The notes below the pieces were generated by a model. The model saw only the letters and a program-made list of their open reading frames with translations, was not told the DNA's origin and did no database searches. Shown in pieces: positions 38,300 to 49,095 of a stretch of DNA of 64,000 bases. The stretch is from Omnitrophica WOR_2 bacterium RIFOXYA2_FULL_38_17 (GTDB lineage: Bacteria > Omnitrophota > Gorgyraeia > Zapsychrales > Zapsychraceae): positions 85,975 through 149,974 of the forward strand of contig MHHG01000057.1 in NCBI GenBank assembly GCA_001805965.1. The letters run 5' to 3'. Position 1 is the first letter of the stretch. Each line of letters begins with the position of its first letter. Made by a program: the position numbers and the translations under genes.

Positions 38300-40255
38300 T
38301 TATTCTTCTTCGGGAAGTTCTTTTGAAACATATGTACATTGGGGGTATTTAGTACATCCATAAAAAGCGCCTCTTGAAGATTTCCTCTTAACGACCTCTC
38401 CTTCACAGCCTTCTTCTGGGCACTTAATTCCTAATGTAAGCGGCTCAGCGTGCTTACAATCCGGAAATCCACTGCAGCTCAAAAACTTGCCTCTTCGTCC
38501 CCACTTAATAAGCAATTTTTTTCCACACTCGGGACAATCTTTATCTACAAAGTTCTCAGTCTTGACAATATTATCCTCAGCATAATCCAGCTCTTCATTA
38601 AAAGGCTGGTAAAACTCCTTCAATAAATCCTTATAAACCAGGTCACCTTCTTCGATCAGATCAAGATTCTCTTCCATCTTAGCAGTAAAAGTTATATCCA
38701 TTATTTTCGAAAAATATTCAACTAAAAGATCGCTGATCAACACCCCTAATTCAGTCGGCCCTAAATATCCTTTTTCCCTCTCAACATAATTCCTCATAAC
38801 CAATGTGAGAATAATTGATGCATAAGTACTTGGGCGCCCTATACCATCTTCTTCTAAAGCCTTTACCAAACTTGCATCTGAAAACCTTGGCGGTGGCTTA
38901 GTAAAATGCTGTGTCGGCTTAACTTCAACAAGATTAAGGTTGTCTCCTTTATCATAGTGGGAAAAATCGATCTTTGATTCCTCTTCTCTTGCTTCATTCT
39001 CAATTGCAAGATATCCATCGAAGAGAAGGGTAGACCCTGAAGCCCCAAACTGAAAGTTACCTGCTGCGATCTCAATCTTCTTGTTCTCATATAAAGATGG
39101 CACCATTTGCGAGCTTACAAATTTATTCCAGATCAATTCGTATAATTTGAACTGATCATCATCCAAATATTGCCTAAGATCATTTGGTCTACGCAAAACA
39201 TCAGACGGCCGAATTGCCTCATGAGCCTCCTGGGCTGATTTCTTTGCTTTAAATTTATTAGGAATCTCGGGCAAATATTTTTCACCATAATTATCGCCAA
39301 TAAAACTTCTGACTTTTTCTATTGCTTCATTGGAAACATTAACAGAATCAGTCCTCATATACGTAATAAGACCGATCGTCTCGCCATCCCCCAGATCAAT
39401 ACCTTCGTAAAGTTGCTGAGCGACCATCATGGTCTTAGATGCATTAAACCTCAACTTGTTAAAAGCCTCTTGCTGCATAGTGCTCGTTCTTAAAGGTGCC
39501 TGGGACTTTCTGCTGATCTGCCTCTTTGTTATATCTGTTACTACAAATTTTTCTTTCCTGATACTCTCGACCAGTTCATTAGCCCTATCTTGTGATCCAA
39601 TTTCCGGCTTTTCTCCATTTATCTTCTCAAATGATGCTTCAAGAATATTATCATAACCCTCTTTTTTAAGGTCCACTGAGATCTGCCAATATTCATTAGG
39701 GACAAATTTTTTGATTTCACGTTCACGATCAACAATTATACGTAAGGCCACAGATTGGACACGCCCAGCGCTAAGCCTTGAGCCGACCTTTTTCCATAGA
39801 AGAGGGCTTATTTTGTAGCCGACTATTCTATCTAATACCCGACGCGCCATCTGGGCATTGATCTTTTTTTGATCAAATTCGCGAGGATGCTTAAATGCCT
39901 TAAGAACAGCTTCTTTTGTGATTTCTTGAAAAGTAACACGGAAGATCTTTTTACCTTCCCCTATATGACTGACCAGATTCCATCCGATCGCTTCTCCCTC
40001 TCGGTCAGGGTCAGATGCAAAATAGATCTCTTTTGCTTTTGCACAATCCTTCTTTAATTTGGTAAGTATCTTCTGCTTTTTTCTGACCACGATAAGTTTA
40101 GGCTCAAAATCATTTTCAATATCAACACCAAGCGTGGATTTTGGCAGGTCAACTAAATGCCCCATTGAAGAAACAACTTTAAAATTTTTCCCAAGTATTT
40201 TATTTATAGTCTTAACTTTTGTGGGAGACTCAACAATTACTATTGATTTTGCCAT
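38300..40255 (-). CDS. topA: DNA topoisomerase I with C-terminal zinc ribbons
   Basis: IVESP.K, SDPDREGEAI, SAGRVQS, ITYMRTD, GIGRPSTY, two C4 zinc motifs. Confidence 0.97.
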   Translation of the reverse strand: MAKSIVIVESPTKVKTINKILGKNFKVVSSMGHLVDLPKSTLGVDIENDFEPKLIVVRKKQKILTKLKKDCAKAKEIYFASDPDREGEAIGWNLVSHIGEGKKIFRVTFQEITKEAVLKAFKHPREFDQKKINAQMARRVLDRIVGYKISPLLWKKVGSRLSAGRVQSVALRIIVDREREIKKFVPNEYWQISVDLKKEGYDNILEASFEKINGEKPEIGSQDRANELVESIRKEKFVVTDITKRQISRKSQAPLRTSTMQQEAFNKLRFNASKTMMVAQQLYEGIDLGDGETIGLITYMRTDSVNVSNEAIEKVRSFIGDNYGEKYLPEIPNKFKAKKSAQEAHEAIRPSDVLRRPNDLRQYLDDDQFKLYELIWNKFVSSQMVPSLYENKKIEIAAGNFQFGASGSTLLFDGYLAIENEAREEESKIDFSHYDKGDNLNLVEVKPTQHFTKPPPRFSDASLVKALEEDGIGRPSTYASIILTLVMRNYVEREKGYLGPTELGVLISDLLVEYFSKIMDITFTAKMEENLDLIEEGDLVYKDLLKEFYQPFNEELDYAEDNIVKTENFVDKDCPECGKKLLIKWGRRGKFLSCSGFPDCKHAEPLTLGIKCPEEGCEGEVVKRKSSRGAFYGCTKYPQCTYVSKELPEEE

Positions 40256-40276
40256 AATTTAATTTTCTAGAATTGA

Positions 40277-41389
40277 TCAAACTGCTTTATAATTTTTCCC
40301 TGGCAACTGCCTGATAAGCCTTTTAAGCTCCATCTGCAATAAAACCACTGCTAATCTTTTAACATCTATTTCTAATTTGTCAACTATATCATCAATCTGA
40401 ACAATTCTTGTTCCAATAAAATCCATGATCTTTTTTTCTTCCGGGCCAAGATCTTCACTGGCTACCGTCGGTCTCAAATTCCCAACCTGCAAATCTTCAG
40501 CATCGTTTAAACACTCTGCCAGTTGCGGGCTCAAATCCTCAAGAATATCCTCAATGCAAGTGACCAATTTAGCACCCTGCTTAATTAAATTATTCACACC
40601 CGCAGAGGTGGGTGAATCTACTTTTCCGGGAATTGCATAAACCTCTTTCCCCTGCTCGAGAGCAAAGTCTGCTGTTATCAGCGCCCCGCTCCTTTGAGCC
40701 GCCTCAATTACTACAACCCCTAAAGACAAACCGCTTATTATCCTGTTCCTTCTAGGAAAATTCTGTGGAAGAGGTTGTGTCTCCATGGGAAACTCACTAA
40801 CGACTGCCCCGTTCTGAGATATCTCTTCAAAAAGTTTTTTGTTCTCAGGAGGATAAACGTTCGCCAAACCATTGCCAAGCGCTGCAATTGTTCTACCTTT
40901 TGCCTTCAAAGAACCTCGATGTGAAGCAGTATCGATCCCTCTTGCCATACCAGAAACAATTGTTATTCCCAGCTCTGCGAGCCTTAAAGCAAAATTCTCC
41001 GCAATATTCATTCCATATATCGAGGCTTTCCTCGAACCAACAAAACCCAATGCCAAGTGGTCCTTTGGGATATTACCTTTTACATATAGAACAAAAGGCG
41101 CATCCGAAATATCCCTTAAGCTCGATGGATAATCGCTATCAAGCGCTGTAATTATCCTTACCTGTTTTTTGTTTATTAGATTATATTCATTTTTAAGGAA
41201 TTTGTCTTTAGGAAAATTCAAAATATTTGCTGCAGCTTTAGCAGGGATAATGTGGTCTTCTAATAAAGCAGCTTCCTTTAAAGAAAACACTTTCAAAGCA
41301 GAGCCATAAAAAGCGATCAATTTCTTTATATAAGCATTCCCAATACCAGCAACAGCGTTAAGAACTAAGAGTGCATCGTTTTCATTCAT
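40277..41389 (-). CDS. dprA: DNA-processing protein DprA/Smf
   Basis: VGSR..S.YG, IVSGMARGID..SH, FPRRNRIISGLS, SGALITA..ALEQG, LIKQGA. Confidence 0.96.
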   Translation of the reverse strand: MNENDALLVLNAVAGIGNAYIKKLIAFYGSALKVFSLKEAALLEDHIIPAKAAANILNFPKDKFLKNEYNLINKKQVRIITALDSDYPSSLRDISDAPFVLYVKGNIPKDHLALGFVGSRKASIYGMNIAENFALRLAELGITIVSGMARGIDTASHRGSLKAKGRTIAALGNGLANVYPPENKKLFEEISQNGAVVSEFPMETQPLPQNFPRRNRIISGLSLGVVVIEAAQRSGALITADFALEQGKEVYAIPGKVDSPTSAGVNNLIKQGAKLVTCIEDILEDLSPQLAECLNDAEDLQVGNLRPTVASEDLGPEEKKIMDFIGTRIVQIDDIVDKLEIDVKRLAVVLLQMELKRLIRQLPGKNYKAV

Positions 41390-41900
41390 AATTCAACAAT
41401 TCTAATATTTCCTGACATACCTCGCCGATAACTTTATTATCCACTCTAACAGTAAAATCAGCTTTTTCATAATACGGCTTTCGATATTCCAAAAGTTCTT
41501 TGATCTTTGCAACAGGTTCTTCAACATTCAAAAGTGGCCTGTCTTCTCTTCCCTTTGTCCTTGCGTAGACCAATTCCGGGGAAATAGATAAATAAATTAT
41601 AACCCCATGTTTTTTTAAATTCTCTACATTAACAGTGTTCAAGACTACTCCGCCGCCACAATCTATAATAACATTCTCTTTCGCTGATAACTCTTTAATA
41701 ACATCACATTCTAGTTTCCTGAAATAATCTTCACCTGAATTCTCAAATATTTCTTTTATGGACCTTCCTTCCCTTTCTACGATCACATCATCGCTGGATA
41801 CCATTTCTTTTTCAAGGGCCAAGGAAAGCTCTTTAGAGACCGAAGATTTTCCAGATGCCATAAAACCAACAAAGGCTATATTTTTATTATCGACATTCAT
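41382..41900 (-). CDS. aroK: Shikimate kinase
   Basis: GFMASGKS, GEDYFR..E, CGGG, RPLL. Start set at ATG 41900. Confidence 0.93.
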   Translation of the reverse strand: MNVDNKNIAFVGFMASGKSSVSKELSLALEKEMVSSDDVIVEREGRSIKEIFENSGEDYFRKLECDVIKELSAKENVIIDCGGGVVLNTVNVENLKKHGVIIYLSISPELVYARTKGREDRPLLNVEEPVAKIKELLEYRKPYYEKADFTVRVDNKVIGEVCQEILELLNYE

Positions 41901-41927
41901 ATTCAATATAATATTTTGTTTGTTAGA

Positions 41928-42737
41928 TCAAAACCTATAACCGTTGACTATCCACGATATAATCAAATCTCCATAAAACAAGCTTATCAACGCCCCTAAA
42001 ACCAAAAAAGGGCCATAAGCTATCGCGGTATCTTTTGTGCGTATCATTTCAAATAGACCAAATATAGCCCCGAAGAAAGGCGCGACAAAAAATGAAAGCA
42101 GCGCTAGCTTCCAGCCTAAGAATGCTCCCACCATTGCAAGCAGCTTAACATCGCCTCCGCCAATAGATTCTTTTTTAAACATAAAATCCCCTATAATCCC
42201 CATTAAATAAACAGAACCCCCTCCTACTAATACTCCTAAAAGTGATAATCCAAGTGAATGCAAATGTACAAATAAAAAATGTTTGTTTGCATAATCCAAG
42301 CCATGCATCTCAGGAATGAACAAACTAAAGACCAGGCCCACAAACATTCCTCCAACACTTATCTCATCCGGAATAATCCTATGCTTAAAATCTACAATGG
42401 TGGCAACAATAAAACCGGACACCATAACAAGATAAGGGAATAGGATTTTCGAAAAGCCAAAATAACGGTATAAAAGCACAAAAGTGATTCCTGTTAGAAG
42501 CTCAACAAAAAAATACATAAAAGAAAACTTCGTTTTGCAGAACCGGCATTTTCCTCTTAAGAACAGATAACTGAAAAGCGGGATATTGTCATACCAGGGA
42601 ATTGTTTTTTTACATTTAACGCAATGTGATCGTGGCAGAATAACAGACTTCTCATCCGGCATTCGAACTATGCAAACATTCAAAAAACTTCCAATAATTG
42701 CGCCGAATATGAATACATATATGTCAATAATTATCAT
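41928..42737 (-). CDS. pilD: Type IV prepilin peptidase (A24A, with N-terminal zinc-binding Cys pairs)
   Basis: GSFLNVCI.R.P, PRSHC..C, NIPL.SY..LRG.CR.C, IVD...IIPD, GGGDVKL, YGPFL. Confidence 0.92.
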   Translation of the reverse strand: MIIIDIYVFIFGAIIGSFLNVCIVRMPDEKSVILPRSHCVKCKKTIPWYDNIPLFSYLFLRGKCRFCKTKFSFMYFFVELLTGITFVLLYRYFGFSKILFPYLVMVSGFIVATIVDFKHRIIPDEISVGGMFVGLVFSLFIPEMHGLDYANKHFLFVHLHSLGLSLLGVLVGGGSVYLMGIIGDFMFKKESIGGGDVKLLAMVGAFLGWKLALLSFFVAPFFGAIFGLFEMIRTKDTAIAYGPFLVLGALISLFYGDLIISWIVNGYRF

Positions 42738-43603
42738 AAGCCCAATCCTTTTTCCAGCGCTTTGCGCATAATATTCTTAATTTTCTGGTCAATTTCCTGC
42801 TCAGCCCAACGCTGAAAAGCTAGAACTCCCTGATAATAAAGCATGCCCAAACCATTAGATACTTGCGCACCTTTTTCTCTTGCCAATCTTAAAAGCTCCG
42901 TCTCTGCAGGATTATAGATCAGATCATAAACCAGCATTCCGCTGTGAAGAAGGCCTTCTTCGACCAGACAAGGGTCCTTCTCTTTCATGCCTATTGGAGT
43001 AGCGTTTATTAAAAGTTCAGATGATTCAATATTTAGATCATCAATACTATTTACTGTTTCAACAATATCAATATTTATGTTTTCACTAATATCCTTAACA
43101 AGGAACTCTGCTTTTCCTTTATCAATATCATATATTTTAATGGATTTTGGTCGCTCAACTATTAAACAAAGGACACTTATTATAGCCCTTGCTGCACCTC
43201 CAGCCCCAATAATAGCCACACTTTTTTCATCAGTAGCAAAACCAAGTTCAGATAAGTGCGCTAAGAATCCAGGAGCATCTGTATTATAACCAACTAATTT
43301 TCTTTTATCATTGATAAAAATTGTATTAACTGCCTTTATTTTATCTACTAAAGGATCAACATTATCCAGGAATCGGACAACTTTTTCTTTATATGGGACT
43401 GTCACATTAAGGCCAAATATTGGACTTTCCTCGTCCTTTAAGTCTTTAAAAAATGGCTCCAGTTCTCCTTCCTGAAGTGGAAACAGTTTATAAACGGCAT
43501 CGACACCTAAAGCATCAAATGCCGCATTATGCATTAAAGGAGAAAGGCTGTGGCCTAGGGGATAACCGACCAAACCATAAAGTGATTTATTATATTCTTC
43601 CAT
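42734..43603 (-). CDS. aroE: Shikimate dehydrogenase
   Basis: HSLSPLMHN, GLNVTVPYK, AVNT, GYNTD..GF, GAGGAARA, INATPIGM, YDLIYNP. Start set at ATG 43603. Confidence 0.95.
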   Translation of the reverse strand: MEEYNKSLYGLVGYPLGHSLSPLMHNAAFDALGVDAVYKLFPLQEGELEPFFKDLKDEESPIFGLNVTVPYKEKVVRFLDNVDPLVDKIKAVNTIFINDKRKLVGYNTDAPGFLAHLSELGFATDEKSVAIIGAGGAARAIISVLCLIVERPKSIKIYDIDKGKAEFLVKDISENINIDIVETVNSIDDLNIESSELLINATPIGMKEKDPCLVEEGLLHSGMLVYDLIYNPAETELLRLAREKGAQVSNGLGMLYYQGVLAFQRWAEQEIDQKIKNIMRKALEKGLGL

Positions 43604-43624
43604 ATTTTGCCATATCATTATTAA

Positions 43625-43651
43625 GGGCATGGAAGTTGTGCCTCCATGCCC
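43625..43651. other. GC-rich hairpin between leuA and aroE (terminator or REP-like)
   Basis: gggcatgga-agttgtgcc-tccatgccc, perfect 9-bp stem. Confidence 0.55.
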
Positions 43652-43682
43652 CCATAATATAAAACGCTAAAATTTTTTAAAT

Positions 43683-45197
43683 CTAAGAGAGAACCTTGTT
43701 GATCGCATTAATATAAGCTTTCACTGAAGCTTCAAAAATATCAGTGCTTGCACCATGAGCAATAACTTTTTTATCCCCAGCTTTTACCTTTACAGTAACT
43801 TCACCCAGGGCATCTTTCCCTCTTGTTACTGACTGAATAGAATAGTCAAGCAATTCGCAATTGATCTTAGTAATCGACTCAATCGCTTTATAACAAGCAT
43901 CAACCGGACCATCACCCGTACCGCTTTTACAATAAATTTTCCCCTTCGATCTCAATTTTATATCGATCATAGGCTTCTTTCCTGTTCCAGTTGTTGCCGC
44001 TAAGCTTTCCAGCGTCCATATTTTTTTAAAAACCTTAACTTCATCTTCAACAATTGCTAATAAGTCCTCATCAAAGACTTGTTTTTTCTTGTCTGCAACA
44101 TCTTTGAAACGATCAAAGGCCTTATCTAATTCTTTTTCACCCAGCTCTATTCCTAAAGCCTTCAACCTCTCTTTAAATGCATGTCGTCCAGAATGCTTGC
44201 CCAGCACTAATCCTGTACCTAAAAAGCCAACATCTTCCGGCTTCATGATCTCATATGTTGTTCTTTCTTTTAGAATACCATCCTGATGAATGCCTGCTTC
44301 ATGGCGGAATGCATTATGCCCGACAATAGCTTTGTTTGGAGCAACTGCAAAGCCAGTATATTTGCTGACCAACCTTGACACTCTACAAATTTCCGGGGTT
44401 TTGATCCCGGTTATACATCCATAAAGGTCTGATCGGGTTTTTAAAGCCATAACTATCTCTTCCATAGATGCATTACCGGCTCTTTCACCAATACCATTGA
44501 TGGTACATTCAACCTGCCGAGCACCTTTTTTTACTGCTTCTAGTGAATTAGCAACCGAGACACCCAGGTCATCATGACAATGAACAGAAACGATAGCTTT
44601 ATTGATATTAGGAACATTATTCATAATATCATCAATCAACTGCCCATATTCTGACGGAACGCTATAGCCAACTGTATCCGGTATATTTACTGTTCTTGCC
44701 CCAGCCTTAATGACCGCTTCAAGGATACTATACAGAAATCCCTTTTCTGTTCTTGACGCATCCTCAGGAGAGAACTCAATATCTTCAGCTTTCTTTTTTG
44801 CATATTTTACAGCATCAACAGCCATTTTAAGGATCTCCTCCTTATTTTTCCTCAACTTATGCTGCATGTGTATATTTGAAGTGGCCAAAAAAACATGAAT
44901 TCTTTTATTCTTTGCCTTCTTTAGTGCATCAGAAGCCGCATCAATATCTTTCTTTATAGACCTTGCTAAGCCGCACACAATAGACTTTTTTATGTGTTTA
45001 GCAACTATGCTTACAGATTCAAAATCCCCTTTAGAAATTACTGGGAACCCCGCTTCAATTATATCGACACCTAGCCTCTCTAAAGCATAAGCAACTTCCA
45101 GCTTTTCTTTTTTGTTCATGCTAGCGCCCGGAGCTTGCTCACCGTCGCGCAAGGTCGTGTCGAATATCAATACTTTATCTGATTTTTTCTTTATCAT
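43683..45197 (-). CDS. leuA: 2-isopropylmalate synthase
   Basis: FDTTLRDGEQ.PG, HCHDDLG, INGIGERAGN, PNKAIVG.NAF.HEAGIHQDG, GDGPVDA regulatory domain. Confidence 0.96.
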   Translation of the reverse strand: MIKKKSDKVLIFDTTLRDGEQAPGASMNKKEKLEVAYALERLGVDIIEAGFPVISKGDFESVSIVAKHIKKSIVCGLARSIKKDIDAASDALKKAKNKRIHVFLATSNIHMQHKLRKNKEEILKMAVDAVKYAKKKAEDIEFSPEDASRTEKGFLYSILEAVIKAGARTVNIPDTVGYSVPSEYGQLIDDIMNNVPNINKAIVSVHCHDDLGVSVANSLEAVKKGARQVECTINGIGERAGNASMEEIVMALKTRSDLYGCITGIKTPEICRVSRLVSKYTGFAVAPNKAIVGHNAFRHEAGIHQDGILKERTTYEIMKPEDVGFLGTGLVLGKHSGRHAFKERLKALGIELGEKELDKAFDRFKDVADKKKQVFDEDLLAIVEDEVKVFKKIWTLESLAATTGTGKKPMIDIKLRSKGKIYCKSGTGDGPVDACYKAIESITKINCELLDYSIQSVTRGKDALGEVTVKVKAGDKKVIAHGASTDIFEASVKAYINAINKVLS

Positions 45198-45229
45198 TTT
45201 ATAAACCTCTCAAAAAAGAGAGTGTATTC

Positions 45230-46222
45230 TTATTTATGCATCCAAGGCATCATTTTGCGTAAAGCAGCTCCAACTTTTTCTATTGGATGATTTGCAGACT
45301 CTTTTCTAAATTGCTCAAAATTCTGCCTACCTTTTTTATTTTCACGAATCCACTCTTTGGCAAATTTGCCTGATTGAACTTCCGCTAAAATCTTCTTCAT
45401 TTCCTTACGGGTTCTTTCTGTAATTATCCTTGGCCCTCTTGAATAATCACCATATTCCGCCGTATCAGAAACCCTTTTTCTCATTCCAACAATACCATCT
45501 TCATAAATGAGATCAGTAATGAGTTTTAGCTCGTGGAGGCATTCAAAATAAGCAATTTCCGGCTGATAACCTGCATCAACCAAAGTTTCATAACCAGCTT
45601 TAACAAGCTCGCTGACGCCGCCGCAAAGTACTACCTGCTCACCAAACAGATCGGTTTCAGTCTCTTCTTTAAAAGTTGTTTCAATAACTCCGCCTCTTGT
45701 TCCGCCAATGCCTTTAGCATAAGCAAGGGCATTCTTTAATGCCTTACCTGATGCATCCTGATAAATAGCGACCAAGCATGGAACACCTTTACCTTCTTCA
45801 TATTGCCTTCTGACTAATGCCCCTGGCCCCTTAGGCGCGATCATCCAAACGTCAACATCTGCTGGAGGGACAATTTGCCCAAAATGGATATTAAAACCAT
45901 GTGAGAAAACCAAAGATTTCCCTGATGTCAAATTTTTCCTGATAGCTTTTTTATAAAGCATCGCTTGAACATGATCCTGGGTTAATATTTGGATAATATC
46001 AGCTTTCTTTGCAGCTTTCTTTGCATCTATAGGCTTAAACCCGTCTTCAATTGCAATTTTATAGTTTGGATTATCTTCAAGTTCGCTAATAATAACATTC
46101 AGCCCGCTATCTCTCAAATTCAAAGCCTGACCGCGACCTTGAATGCCATATCCAATAATTGCAATTACTTTATCTTTTAATACTCCTAAATCAGCATCTT
46201 GTTCATGATAGATCTTTGCCAT
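45230..46222 (-). CDS. ilvC: Ketol-acid reductoisomerase (short form)
   Basis: [42 protein letters not shown]. Start set at ATG 46222 after SD AAGGAG. Confidence 0.96.
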   Translation of the reverse strand: MAKIYHEQDADLGVLKDKVIAIIGYGIQGRGQALNLRDSGLNVIISELEDNPNYKIAIEDGFKPIDAKKAAKKADIIQILTQDHVQAMLYKKAIRKNLTSGKSLVFSHGFNIHFGQIVPPADVDVWMIAPKGPGALVRRQYEEGKGVPCLVAIYQDASGKALKNALAYAKGIGGTRGGVIETTFKEETETDLFGEQVVLCGGVSELVKAGYETLVDAGYQPEIAYFECLHELKLITDLIYEDGIVGMRKRVSDTAEYGDYSRGPRIITERTRKEMKKILAEVQSGKFAKEWIRENKKGRQNFEQFRKESANHPIEKVGAALRKMMPWMHK

Positions 46223-46314
46223 ACCAAACTCCTTTTCTTTTTTTCTTCTTAAATAAGAATTGTTAACATATTCAGACCGACGCAAGGCCGACCCCTAAAG
46301 AACCCCCAACAATC

Positions 46315-47730
46315 TTAATATCTATAATGATCAGGCTTATAAGGGCCGTCTACAGGGACGCCGATGTAATCTGCCTGCGCCTTAGAAAGCTTTGTAAGCT
46401 TGACACCTATATGCTTCAAATGAAGACGAGCAACTTCTTCATCAAGATTTTTAGGCAATCTATAAACATCTGTCTTATAATCTTTTTGCCAAAGTTCAAG
46501 TTGAGCTAATGTCTGATTAGTAAATGAATTGCTCATTACAAAAGAAGGATGGCCTGTCGCGCAACCTAAGTTAACCAACCTTCCTTCAGCAAGCAAAATA
46601 ATAGAATGTCCGTCTGGAAAATAATATTGGTCAACTTGTGGCTTAATATTTTCTTTCTTTATTCCTGGAAATTTTTCAAGTTTAGCAACCTGTATTTCAT
46701 TATCAAAGTGCCCGATATTACAAACAATAGCTTTATCCAACATTTTAGACATATGTTCAGTAGTTATAATATCTACATTGCCAGTTGTTGTCACATAAAT
46801 ATTGCCTTCACTCAATGAGTCTTCCAAGGTTTTAACCTCAAAGCCTTCCATTGCGGCTTGAAGCGCACAAATAGGATCTATCTCTGTAACTATTACTCTC
46901 GCTCCGTAACTTTTCATAGAATGAGCGCATCCTTTTCCAACATCACCATAGCCACAAACAACAACGACTTTTCCAGCTATCATTATATCCGTTGCCCTCT
47001 TAATTCCATCAGCCAAGGATTCCCGGCATCCATAAAGATTATCGAACTTTGATTTTGTCACAGAATCATTAACATTAAACGCGGGAAAAAGGAGCTTGCC
47101 GTCCTTCATCATTTGATAAAGTCGATGAACACCTGTTGTCGTTTCCTCGGAGACGCCTCTGATCTCTTTAGCCATATTTTGCCATTTCATTGGCTCATCA
47201 GCCAAAACCCCTTTTAAACAAGCGAACAGCTCTTTCTCATCTTCAGCTTCCACTTTTTTATCAAGAATCGAAGGATCTTTCTCTGCTTCACAACCAATAT
47301 GCACCATCATGGTAGCGTCGCCACCATCATCGACAATAAGATTAGGACCTTCACCCTTAGGAAATGATAAAGCCTTAAGAGTGCACCACCAATATTCCTT
47401 TAAAGTCTCACCTTTCCATGCAAAAACCGGAACGCCTAGATCAACGATCGCAGCAGCCGCATGGTCTTGAGTTGAAAATATATTACAGCTGGCCCATCTA
47501 ACATCAGCCCCAAGCTCAACCAATGTCTTGATCAATACTGCTGTCTGAATAGTCATATGAAGAGAGCCCATTATCCTTGAACCTGCCAGCGGTTTTTGTC
47601 CTTTATATTTTTTTCTTAAAGCCATCAAGCCAGGCATCTCAGTTTCAGCCAGTTCAATCTCTTTATGCCCAAATGTCGCTAAAGACATATCTTTTACTTT
47701 ATAATCATTAGTTTCTACTACAATGTTCAT
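46315..47730 (-). CDS. ahcY: Adenosylhomocysteinase (long form with insert)
   Basis: [54 protein letters not shown]. Start set at ATG 47730 after SD GGGAG. Confidence 0.97.
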   Translation of the reverse strand: MNIVVETNDYKVKDMSLATFGHKEIELAETEMPGLMALRKKYKGQKPLAGSRIMGSLHMTIQTAVLIKTLVELGADVRWASCNIFSTQDHAAAAIVDLGVPVFAWKGETLKEYWWCTLKALSFPKGEGPNLIVDDGGDATMMVHIGCEAEKDPSILDKKVEAEDEKELFACLKGVLADEPMKWQNMAKEIRGVSEETTTGVHRLYQMMKDGKLLFPAFNVNDSVTKSKFDNLYGCRESLADGIKRATDIMIAGKVVVVCGYGDVGKGCAHSMKSYGARVIVTEIDPICALQAAMEGFEVKTLEDSLSEGNIYVTTTGNVDIITTEHMSKMLDKAIVCNIGHFDNEIQVAKLEKFPGIKKENIKPQVDQYYFPDGHSIILLAEGRLVNLGCATGHPSFVMSNSFTNQTLAQLELWQKDYKTDVYRLPKNLDEEVARLHLKHIGVKLTKLSKAQADYIGVPVDGPYKPDHYRY

Positions 47731-47761
47731 TTCAACTCCCTGTTCACTAAAATAATTTAAT

Positions 47762-47848
47762 AAAAACAAAACTACCCTATCTAAGCATCAGGGTATCGCT
47801 TCTGAAATTAAGCCCGGAGAATAACAACTTCCAGGCTTAATTGATCAG
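47762..47848 (-). promoter_or_regulatory. Two tandem hairpins between metK and ahcY; the second resembles an intrinsic terminator
   Basis: Minus strand AATTAAGCCTGGA...TCCGGGCTTAATT (13-bp stem), then TACCCTG...TAGGGTA followed by GTTTTGTTTTT. Confidence 0.55.
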
Positions 47849-47859
47849 TTAACACATTC

Positions 47860-49026
47860 TTACTTTCTCAAAGCATCTTTTTTCAAACCAGCTGCTTTAT
47901 CAGTTTTTTCCCAAGTAAACTCTTTTTCATTTCTGCCAAAATGGCCATAAGAAGCTGTTTTTAAGAACTTTGGTTTGCGAAGGTCTAAAGTCTTAATAAT
48001 ACCTTTTGGCGTCAGATCAAAGTGTTTACGTATTATCTTCTCTAATTTTGCTTCATCAACAATACCTGTTCCAAAAGTATCAACATAAATACTGAGCGGT
48101 TCTGGATATCCTATAGCATAACTTAATTGAACTAAACATTTTTTAGCCAGCTTAGCAGCAACAATATTTTTTGTGATATATCTAGCCATATAAGTTGCCG
48201 AACGGTCAACCTTTGTTGAATCCTTACCGGAAAATGCTCCTCCGCCATGAGGAACTATTCCGCCATAATTATCAACAATGATCTTGCGTCCAGTCACTCC
48301 AGCATCTGACTGAGGCCCGCCGACTACGAACTTACCAGTTTCATTAACAAAGAATTTTGTTTTACTGTCCATAAGTTTTCCGACAATAGGCTTTGCGATC
48401 ATGTTGATCATCTCTTCACGTGCTTTTTTTGTTATTCTTTTTCCTGTCTTATCTAAAATGTCTTCTGTGTGCTGACAGGCTAAAACAACAGTATCAACTC
48501 TAATTGGCTTATCATCAAGATACTCAACAGTTACCTGACTTTTACAATCAGGGCCTAAATATTTCAGAACCTTGTTCACCCTGAGCTCAGCTATACGTAA
48601 AACCAATTTGTGAGCCAACATAATAGGCAGCGGCATTAATTCCGGAGTTTCATCAGTTGCATAACCATACATAATACCCTGGTCTCCCGCACCACCTGCA
48701 TCAACGCCTTGAGAAATATCAGGTGACTGTGAATTGATCCCGTTTAAAATTGCACAAGTATTAGCATCAAAGCCGTATTTTGGATGATCATATCCGATAT
48801 CTTTAACAACTTTACGTACCAGCTTATGAACATCAATATAAGTTTTTGTTGTAATTTCTCCTCCGACAACAACAAGACCGGAAGAAATAAAAGTTTCGCA
48901 AGCCACCCGGCTTAACGGGTCATCCTTCAAACATGCGTCAAGGACTGCATCAGAGATTTGATCACAAACTTTATCTGGATGTCCAGCCCCAACTGATTCT
49001 GATGTAATAAAATACTTTCCTTTCAC
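47860..49026 (-). CDS. metK: S-adenosylmethionine synthetase
   Basis: [48 protein letters not shown]; GTG start. Confidence 0.97.
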   Translation of the reverse strand: MKGKYFITSESVGAGHPDKVCDQISDAVLDACLKDDPLSRVACETFISSGLVVVGGEITTKTYIDVHKLVRKVVKDIGYDHPKYGFDANTCAILNGINSQSPDISQGVDAGGAGDQGIMYGYATDETPELMPLPIMLAHKLVLRIAELRVNKVLKYLGPDCKSQVTVEYLDDKPIRVDTVVLACQHTEDILDKTGKRITKKAREEMINMIAKPIVGKLMDSKTKFFVNETGKFVVGGPQSDAGVTGRKIIVDNYGGIVPHGGGAFSGKDSTKVDRSATYMARYITKNIVAAKLAKKCLVQLSYAIGYPEPLSIYVDTFGTGIVDEAKLEKIIRKHFDLTPKGIIKTLDLRKPKFLKTASYGHFGRNEKEFTWEKTDKAAGLKKDALRK

Positions 49027-49095
49027 AACAGGCCCTTCCTTTCTGAATTAAGCGAATAATTTTTATTAGATTTGGTTTCGCTCTAGACAACAAAC

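Noticed and set aside
47731-49095. SAH or SAM riboswitch before ahcY or metK
   Set aside because: No recognisable consensus motifs by eye in either gap.
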